Below the pieces are notes generated by a model, which ran no database searches, was not told the DNA's origin, and was given only the letters and a program-made list of their open reading frames with translations. 32,000 nt of DNA, taken from Desertibacillus haloalkaliphilus. GTDB lineage: Bacteria > Bacillota > Bacilli > Bacillales > KJ1-10-99. Position 1 is the stretch's first letter, and each line of letters opens with the position of its first letter. This document shows positions 8,134-13,160 of the stretch, in pieces. A program made the position numbers and the translations under genes. The DNA lies in the NCBI RefSeq assembly GCF_019039105.1, contig NZ_JAHPIV010000018.1, forward strand, positions 1-32,000. Direction: 5' to 3'.

Positions 8134-8478
8134 CTATATTGTTTTTAGAAAATCTCTAATGTCTATTGCATGACGGGCAATGATATATCCACAAGAAACA
8201 CCTATAAGGATTTCTAGCCCTTTGGTACGATGCCCCAACCCCCAAGCACAACCAGCAAACATAATGACTAAAACTACACCAGCATCAATCATATTCATGG
8301 CTGATCCGTGAACATTTCCAAATGTCCCGTCTACTCCTGCAGCTAATGCCAATTTAGGCACTAACAAAACTGCACCTGCCATTGATGCTGACAATACTTT
8401 AATTTCAGTATTGTTTTTCTTTTCTCTCCAATCGCGACTCATAAAATCTCTAAAGTTGATCGCTTCCGTTTTAGCCAT
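8134..8478 (-). CDS. 114-aa membrane protein (signal-like segment plus two hydrophobic helices; VirB2/VirB3-like topology)
   Basis: Segments VLSASMAGAVLLVPKLALAAG, then AGVVLVIMFAGCAWGLG and ILIGVSCGYIIA. SD AGGAGGGG lies upstream. The stop is 8 nt from the M23 start. Confidence 0.6.
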   Translation of the reverse strand: MAKTEAINFRDFMSRDWREKKNNTEIKVLSASMAGAVLLVPKLALAAGVDGTFGNVHGSAMNMIDAGVVLVIMFAGCAWGLGHRTKGLEILIGVSCGYIIARHAIDIRDFLKTI

Positions 8479-8540
8479 TGTACCCCTCCTGAATAATTTG
8501 TTTTAAAGCGGTCATAATAACCAGCAAAGGAGGTCATCAA

Positions 8541-8609
8541 ATGGTATTTACGACCGCTTTAGTTGTTGGCTTTGCTGTCGGAACAGGCGTTAATATTTTG
8601 ATTGGTTAA
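8541..8609 (+). CDS. 22-aa hydrophobic peptide MVFTTALVVGFAVGTGVNILIG (candidate type I toxin-like or small membrane peptide)
   Basis: Not in the ORF track (too short). A perfect SD AAAGGAGG (8526-8533) lies 7 nt before the ATG. A strong plus-strand terminator follows immediately. The ORF is antisense to the 3' end of ORF 8590-8901. Confidence 0.45.
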   Translation: MVFTTALVVGFAVGTGVNILIG

Positions 8610-8901
8610 TAAACACTTTCGGAGCTGATTGCTGGCTCCGTTTTTTTAGTTGCTCGAGCCGATCTGATGGAGATTGTTTAGGTTGCGGTGTCATAACAGA
8701 TTTATCATTTTGAATATCATCTTTTTCGCCTTCATTTTTCGTTTTGTCACTCTTATTACCTTGCTTTTGTTTTATATCCTCCAAGATCAACTTTTTTACA
8801 TATCCACTAAAATTACGCCTGCTGATGTTCTTCAAAATGAGTTGATCTTCTTCATTTGTCTTATTAAATGATACAGACTTCACGAATCTGTTTTTGCTCA
8901 T
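8590..8901 (-). CDS. 103-aa protein: RHH-like N-terminal DNA-binding segment plus a K/Q/E/D-rich low-complexity tail
   Basis: KSVSFNKTNEEDQLILKNISRRNFSGYVKKLILEDIK has a beta-strand/helix/helix pattern. It is paralogous to the 47-aa ORF at 9289-9432. Confidence 0.5.
   Translation of the reverse strand: MSKNRFVKSVSFNKTNEEDQLILKNISRRNFSGYVKKLILEDIKQKQGNKSDKTKNEGEKDDIQNDKSVMTPQPKQSPSDRLEQLKKRSQQSAPKVFINQSKY
8620..8647 (+). terminator. Rho-independent terminator (plus strand only)
   Basis: CGGAGC (8620-8625), 9-nt loop, GCTCCG (8635-8640), then T7 (8641-8647). The minus-strand version lacks a U-run. Confidence 0.7.
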
Positions 8902-9021
8902 AAGATCACCCTTTTCCTGTACGACATGTATGAGCGAAAAATAATTTTATTGGTACTAGCAAGTTTCGGCTAATGTGTGCATAAGTTATTACACATAACG
9001 TGTAGTAACTTTTCGAGGCTT

Positions 9022-9047
9022 CCCTTCGTAAATGCGAGGGGATTTTT
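9022..9047 (+). terminator. Plus-strand hairpin plus T-run (possible terminator of an antisense or small RNA)
   Basis: CCCTTCG (9022-9028), loop TAAATG, CGAGGGG (9035-9041), then ATTTTT. A 10-bp imperfect inverted repeat at 8985-9009 precedes it. Confidence 0.4.
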
Positions 9048-9067
9048 ACGTTCTGAATTACATTTCT

Positions 9068-9277
9068 TCATTTCCTCTTACAAACAGGACACAAACAATA
9101 ACCTATGTGATACTCAACCCCATTACGCCTTTTGTATTCCTTGTTAACTCCATTCACGAATGATAAGAAACGCCCCATACTATCACCTAAACTCGTTTCG
9201 TATTCAGCTTCCAACTCCATTAGAGCATCATCCACCAAGTCTAGGATATACTTCATCTTTTTATCGCTTATTCTCAT
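9068..9277 (-). CDS. 69-aa hypothetical protein with a C-terminal CxCPxC motif
   Basis: Strong SD AAGGAGG lies 6 nt upstream of the ATG. The gene sits 11 nt after the preceding RHH-like ORF. Confidence 0.6.
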   Translation of the reverse strand: MRISDKKMKYILDLVDDALMELEAEYETSLGDSMGRFLSFVNGVNKEYKRRNGVEYHIGYCLCPVCKRK

Positions 9278-9288
9278 GACAAGCCTCC

Positions 9289-9432
9289 TTATTTTTGTTT
9301 GCTCAACATATCCCTTTCAATTAGTCGCTTCACATAGTTAGAGAAGTTCGTGCGTTGTATGGCGAATAGGTAAAGTTGTTTCTGGTCGGGATCGGCAAGA
9401 TTGAAGCACACGCCTTTGTTTTTTAGATTCAA
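9289..9432 (-). CDS. 47-aa RHH-like small DNA-binding protein (not in the ORF track)
   Basis: TTG start with SD GAGGTGA. Product (M)NLKNKGVCFNLADPDQKQLYLFAIQRTNFSNYVKRLIERDMLSKQK. It shares the RxNFS(N/G)YVK(R/K)LI motif with ORF 8590-8901. It is divergent from the XRE gene. Confidence 0.55.
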   Translation of the reverse strand: MNLKNKGVCFNLADPDQKQLYLFAIQRTNFSNYVKRLIERDMLSKQK

Positions 9433-9506
9433 TGTAGTCACCTCGTTACTTGTTATTTAGTTTCAATGTATGGGTGGATAGCTTGTTTTGATAACAATTT
9501 TTATGT

Positions 9507-9530
9507 ATTTTATCCAAAATTTTACCCAAA
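9507..9530. repeat. Tandem 12-nt direct repeat ATTTTAYCCAAA x2 (candidate operator)
   Basis: ATTTTATCCAAA (9507-9518) is immediately followed by ATTTTACCCAAA (9519-9530). The repeat lies in the divergent intergenic region, at the -35 position relative to the TGgTAAGAT element at 9545-9553. Confidence 0.6.
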
Positions 9531-9544
9531 ATAATCTATAGTTG

Positions 9545-9553
9545 TGGTAAGAT
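9545..9553 (+). promoter_or_regulatory. Extended -10 element (TGgTAAGAT) upstream of the XRE gene
   Basis: TG-n-TAAGAT lies ~40 nt upstream of the ATG at 9592. No good -35 was found. Confidence 0.35.
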
Positions 9554-9591
9554 GAATGTACAGGCATAATTAAAGGAGGTGATACATATAA

Positions 9592-9846
9592 ATGCAGGTT
9601 GGAGTGAAAAGGACGATGAAGATTAAAGTTAGAAGTAAGTTAGGTGAATTACTCGATGAAAGAATGGTGAATAAATCTGAATTAGCTAGATCTATCAACG
9701 CTACACCAAAACAACTTTATGCCTGGTGTTCAAATAAAGAGGACGGACAGGCTAAATCAACACCTTCGGTTGGATACCTCCTACGCTTAAAAAAAGTTTT
9801 AGGTGTTGATATCGAGGATATGTTTGAGGAAATAAATGAAAAGTGA
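9592..9846 (+). CDS. XRE-family helix-turn-helix transcriptional regulator (84 aa)
   Basis: LGELLDERMVNKSELARSINATPKQLYAW is a typical HTH_XRE segment. SD AAAGGAGGTGA lies upstream. Confidence 0.75.
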   Translation: MQVGVKRTMKIKVRSKLGELLDERMVNKSELARSINATPKQLYAWCSNKEDGQAKSTPSVGYLLRLKKVLGVDIEDMFEEINEK

Positions 9847-9880
9847 ATCAGCTAGATTTATAAAGCGAAGGAGTGATTCT

Positions 9881-9976
9881 TTGGATAAACCGCTAAATGG
9901 TGGGTTTATATGCGGCAGGCATGGAGTTGGTTATAAAACAAAATGTCCAACCTGTAAATTCGAAGAAGAGTATTAG
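9881..9976 (+). CDS. 31-aa Cys-rich (zinc-ribbon-like) peptide MDKPLNGGFICGRHGVGYKTKCPTCKFEEEY (not in the ORF track)
   Basis: TTG start preceded by AAGGAGTGA. Its initiation region is nearly identical to that of the next gene. Confidence 0.4.
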   Translation: MDKPLNGGFICGRHGVGYKTKCPTCKFEEEY

Positions 9977-9991
9977 GAAGAGGTGATCCAT

Positions 9992-10219
9992 TTGGATAAA
10001 AATAAAATTGTTGAAAAATACAATGCTTATTGCCAGTGTTTCCAAAGCGAAAGAACTGTAGAAGAAGCACCAGAGAAAGCTATGGATTGTGTTGAGTTTA
10101 TTCCAGAATTATTGGGGAAGGTCGAACGGTATGAAAATGTGTTGGAGCGTATCTCGATAACTAATACAGATAAAGCTATGTATCGCACTTGGGCAGAAAA
10201 CGCACTTAATAAAAAATGA
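9992..10219 (+). CDS. ~75-aa hypothetical protein
   Basis: Track ORF 9983-10219. The TTG at 9992 (MDKNK...) after GAGGTGA is the better start. Confidence 0.5.
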   Translation: MDKNKIVEKYNAYCQCFQSERTVEEAPEKAMDCVEFIPELLGKVERYENVLERISITNTDKAMYRTWAENALNKK

Positions 10220-10296
10220 TTTTATTTCGCAGTACGATCAAAAACGGAATAAATACGCGTCTGATTTAGGAAAATAAGAAAATTGGTGTTGTATAG

Positions 10297-10524
10297 GTGG
10301 GATGGATGATGAGAGAACTATTTTACAAAGCAGGTGATATTATCACTTGCCCTACTTGCAATGAAGAATCTATACAGTTTGTTCAAAATGGTTACAAGAA
10401 TGACCGTTTAACTCATGACATGGTTATAAATCATCAGTCAAAAACACCATTTACGGAATTTGATGATTGTAAATGTGAGCATTGCGAAAGTAAAGATATT
10501 TGGTACGTCATTATGCGTGGGTAG
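10297..10524 (+). CDS. Small Cys4 zinc-ribbon protein (CPTC...CKCEHC)
   Basis: ORF with two CxxC-type pairs. The start is probably one of the ATGs at 10306 or 10309, after AGGTGGGA. Confidence 0.5.
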   Translation: MGWMMRELFYKAGDIITCPTCNEESIQFVQNGYKNDRLTHDMVINHQSKTPFTEFDDCKCEHCESKDIWYVIMRG

Positions 10525-10534
10525 GAGTGGTCAT

Positions 10535-10867
10535 ATGAAATACGATAAGGATAGTGTACAGGTATTTTTAGATGGAGTGAATGTGAATTTTGACGGTTGC
10601 GAAGAAATAAAACCCGATCTGACTAATAGTGAAAAGGTTAAAGAGCTCATACACGAAAGTATAGAACGCTCATTTAATGCGAGTAATCAAATGGACTTCA
10701 AACAATCGATCGAACAGCAATTCAAAAGTTGGTTTGGTGACGACGTATTAGATCATATTGATGTAGCGATTTTACAAATAAGAGATAACAAGGTGGAATA
10801 TGAGTTAGTAAGTAAGACTCATCGTGGTGCAAAAATTGTGGATGAAGTATGTTATATTGCAGAATAA
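10535..10867 (+). CDS. 110-aa hypothetical protein
   Basis: In-frame ATG at 10535 preceded by TAGGAGTGG. The track start at 10460 overlaps the previous gene and lacks an SD. Confidence 0.5.
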   Translation: MKYDKDSVQVFLDGVNVNFDGCEEIKPDLTNSEKVKELIHESIERSFNASNQMDFKQSIEQQFKSWFGDDVLDHIDVAILQIRDNKVEYELVSKTHRGAKIVDEVCYIAE

Positions 10868-10892
10868 CCCCTCCAATACGAGGGGGGATTTT
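10868..10892 (+). terminator. Plus-strand hairpin terminator
   Basis: CCCCTC (10868-10873), loop CAATAC, GAGGGG (10880-10885), then GGATTTT. Confidence 0.55.
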
Positions 10893-10898
10893 GTACTG

Positions 10899-10925
10899 AA
10901 AAAAGACAGTCTAATACAGACTGCC
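10899..10925 (-). terminator. Minus-strand hairpin terminator downstream of the LexA-DBD gene
   Basis: The minus strand reads CAGTC-TGTATTA-GACTG followed by TCTTTTTT. Confidence 0.45.
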
Positions 10926-11050
10926 TCTTACTAAAATAGAAAGGTTCCCTTCAACCTACATTTAATATACCGTGCACAACAAATAAAGAAACGTATCCGA
11001 AATCACTCTATCCAGAATAAAGTATGTTTAATTACAATACCGATAAACAA

Positions 11051-11275
11051 TCATTGGTTTTCGTTATGACAAATTCTTAATGTGCGCGGCTTACTCTCCT
11101 CCCAATCAATTATCCCTTCCTTTTTCAACCTTTCCAAATGGCCATGGACAGTGCTCGATGATTTTAAACCTGTTAATTCGCATATCTCACGAGTTGTTGG
11201 AGGGTATTTTTTTGTGGTGATAAATAATTTGATTACATCTAAAATTTCATTTTGACGTTTAGTGATTTTCCCCAT
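11051..11275 (-). CDS. Stand-alone LexA-type winged-helix DNA-binding domain protein (no S24 peptidase domain)
   Basis: MGKITKRQNEILDVIKLFITTKKYPPTTREICELTGLKSSSTVHGHLERLKKEGII matches the LexA N-terminal domain pattern (TxRQ..., PPTxREI..., SxSTVxxHLxxLxxKG). The protein ends ~74 aa in. The ATG at 11275 has an SD-like GGGGGAAG, and the track start at 11320 is likely too far upstream. Confidence 0.7.
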   Translation of the reverse strand: MGKITKRQNEILDVIKLFITTKKYPPTTREICELTGLKSSSTVHGHLERLKKEGIIDWEESKPRTLRICHNENQ

Positions 11276-11313
11276 AAGCTTCCCCCATATTTCTTCTTTT
11301 TTACAATTATAAA

Positions 11314-11357
11314 CGAACATATATTCTGTTTCAAGTTGAAAAGGGAATGAATGTTCT
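11314..11357. promoter_or_regulatory. Two degenerate Cheo/SOS-box-like dyads (CGAACATATATTCT and GGAATGAATGTTCT)
   Basis: Compared with the Bacillus LexA box CGAAC-N4-GTTCG: box 1 (11314-11327) has a perfect CGAAC half-site, and box 2 (11344-11357) has GTTC plus GAAT. Both lie in the divergent intergenic region. Box 2 sits in the spacer of the plus-strand promoter. Confidence 0.45.
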
Positions 11358-11365
11358 GGTAATAT
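11336..11365 (+). promoter_or_regulatory. Sigma-A type promoter (TTGAAA, 18-nt spacer, TGg-TAATAT)
   Basis: TTGAAA at 11336-11341 and an extended -10 TGGTAATAT at 11357-11365, ~35 nt upstream of the ATG at 11400. Confidence 0.55.
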
Positions 11366-11399
11366 TGAAGTTAATCAATTAAAAAAAGAGGTGTTTTTC

Positions 11400-11621
11400 A
11401 TGAAAGGTTCAGAACATGAATGTTTGCCTGAATTAACTAAAAAAGATATGCGTGACATCCAAAGAAAATTTGATACTGAGAAAAAACGTCTTGAGGAGGA
11501 TAAGGATTTCTACACAGAAGATGTTGAAACACAAAAGTTATTCCTTGCCTCTTTTTATGACTCTTTATGCTTAGCAAAACGACTCAGTAAGAAAAAGTTT
11601 ACTCCGAATAAAAAAGTATAA
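11400..11621 (+). CDS. 73-aa hypothetical, charged helical protein
   Basis: ATG at 11400 after AAGAGGTG. The track start at 11391 lacks an SD. Confidence 0.5.
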   Translation: MKGSEHECLPELTKKDMRDIQRKFDTEKKRLEEDKDFYTEDVETQKLFLASFYDSLCLAKRLSKKKFTPNKKV

Positions 11622-11647
11622 AAATCGGGAATGACAGGAGTGATAAC

Positions 11648-11965
11648 ATGACTACGCAACTTGGGATGTGCGATAAATGCAATCGTACAGGAAGAGCCAG
11701 GAACTTAACGTTGTTTTATAACCAGTTCCTTTGCCCAGACTGTTATAGCAAGGAAGATACTGGAACATCAAGATATGAGTTTATGCTTTTTCAGTGGGTC
11801 CAAGGGCATCGAGTGTTTAAGATTATGGATTTTAAAGAAGGACGCATTCTCTTTGTTAAAGAAAGTGAATACTTGAGCGGCGAGTTAGGTAAGGAAATAT
11901 CAGAGGCAATAGATAGAGTGTATGAGGAGCGGATATTAAGCGGATCTCATGAATATAATGGTTAA
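11648..11965 (+). CDS. 105-aa protein with an N-terminal Cys4 zinc ribbon (CDKC...CPDC)
   Basis: ORF with SD GACAGGAGTGA, followed by a terminator. Confidence 0.55.
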   Translation: MTTQLGMCDKCNRTGRARNLTLFYNQFLCPDCYSKEDTGTSRYEFMLFQWVQGHRVFKIMDFKEGRILFVKESEYLSGELGKEISEAIDRVYEERILSGSHEYNG

Positions 11966-11988
11966 GCCCCAATTAAGGGGCTATTTTT
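11965..11988 (+). terminator. Hairpin terminator between convergent genes
   Basis: AGCCCC (11965-11970), loop AATTAA, GGGGCT (11977-11982), then ATTTTTAT. Confidence 0.6.
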
Positions 11989-11989
11989 A

Positions 11990-12667
11990 TTACCGTAAAC
12001 GTTGCAGCACAACGCTGTTCAACCAAATCATTTCTGATGCTGTTATTGTGCGGTCTTTGATTTTTCGTAGCCAATCTTGGTCGCTGATCACGCCGTCTTC
12101 CAGTAATCCTTCGACCTGATTTTCTAACACACTCCATTGGTAGTTGGATAAATTCAAATCGTCATCCCCCTTCATAAGCTCTTTTCTTACATCCATTCTG
12201 AATTTATCCATTGAAAACAACTTACCAGGGCAGGATGTGCTTTGACCTGGTATTTCATAATGACCGAATACATCTTTATGAGTTAAATTGTGTTCACGGC
12301 ATTTAGCAGCTGTAATGGAAACTAATTTTCTGTATTGATCGTCACTAATTCGCTTTGCGGGGACGCCATTAACATCTTGGTGAAAATTCCCCTCAGCACA
12401 AATGCCGATATACCTGTGATTTTCACCCTTTGTGTGTGCACCTACATATTCGGTTCCTTTAGCACTTCGTCCATAGTAAACTGTCGCATCCTGCTGAACA
12501 TAGTAGCTGTAAGCAGTACCGTTCCAGCCGATGCTTATGAAATATTCATGTAGTCGTTGTATAGTCCAATACGCTAACGGATGGTGAATTACAATGCCCT
12601 CAACCGACTTCATCTTTTGTCTTCGGTTAGGGAATTTTAAATTAGCATCTTTAATCATGATCATCAT
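11990..12667 (-). CDS. Endolysin: N-acetylmuramoyl-L-alanine amidase (Amidase_2/PGRP fold) with a short helical C-terminal domain
   Basis: GIVIHH..., YSYYVQQDATVYYGR, GAHTKGENHRYIGICAEGNF and H...CPG are typical Zn-amidase motifs. It is the last gene of the lysis cassette. Confidence 0.8.
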   Translation of the reverse strand: MMIMIKDANLKFPNRRQKMKSVEGIVIHHPLAYWTIQRLHEYFISIGWNGTAYSYYVQQDATVYYGRSAKGTEYVGAHTKGENHRYIGICAEGNFHQDVNGVPAKRISDDQYRKLVSITAAKCREHNLTHKDVFGHYEIPGQSTSCPGKLFSMDKFRMDVRKELMKGDDDLNLSNYQWSVLENQVEGLLEDGVISDQDWLRKIKDRTITASEMIWLNSVVLQRLR

Positions 12668-12938
12668 CCTTCTTCTTGTACTGTTTTAACATTTGATGAC
12701 CAAACACACTCACACCAGCCACTATAACGCCTTGTATAACCGCATCTACATTGAATCCTAACAAAGCGATAGAAAACCCTACACCGATGAATAGAACGAT
12801 GTAGGGAATAAGCCAATCTTTTATGTTAGGCGTCTTTTTCAACATTGTGCCTAGTACTAACAGAACAGGTATTAGTATATAAGCTTCTTCGATTATGTGA
12901 TTCACTAACTCGCTAATTTCCAATTCAAACACCTCCAT
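12651..12938 (-). CDS. Holin (XhlB / phage_holin_4-like; three TM helices and a charged C-terminus)
   Basis: Three hydrophobic helices, then KQYKKKDDDHD. It lies between the XhlA-like gene and the amidase, with overlapping gene ends. Confidence 0.75.
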   Translation of the reverse strand: MEVFELEISELVNHIIEEAYILIPVLLVLGTMLKKTPNIKDWLIPYIVLFIGVGFSIALLGFNVDAVIQGVIVAGVSVFGHQMLKQYKKKDDDHD

Positions 12939-13140
12939 TCAAAAAGAAAGCCAACACTGCTGCTATGATCGTTCCCACGACTAACCTCAATATCCAAGTT
13001 GTATTTGCTTTGATAGAGGATATATCTTCTTTGATGTCTTTGATATTAGATTCAGCCACAGCTAATCGTGTTTTTACATCAACCATGTCGCTCTTTACTT
13101 CCCCGACATCATTTTCTAATTTATTGACACGTTGTTCCAT
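12925..13140 (-). CDS. xhlA: XhlA-like lysis-associated membrane protein
   Basis: N-terminal coiled coil (NKLENDVGEVKSDMVDVKTRLAVAESNIKDIKEDISSIK) plus a C-terminal TM (WILRLVVGTIIAAVLAFFL). Its position is as in the PBSX xhlA-xhlB-xlyA cassette. Confidence 0.7.
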   Translation of the reverse strand: MEQRVNKLENDVGEVKSDMVDVKTRLAVAESNIKDIKEDISSIKANTTWILRLVVGTIIAAVLAFFLNGGV

Positions 13141-13160
13141 AACATTCTCCCTTCAACTTT

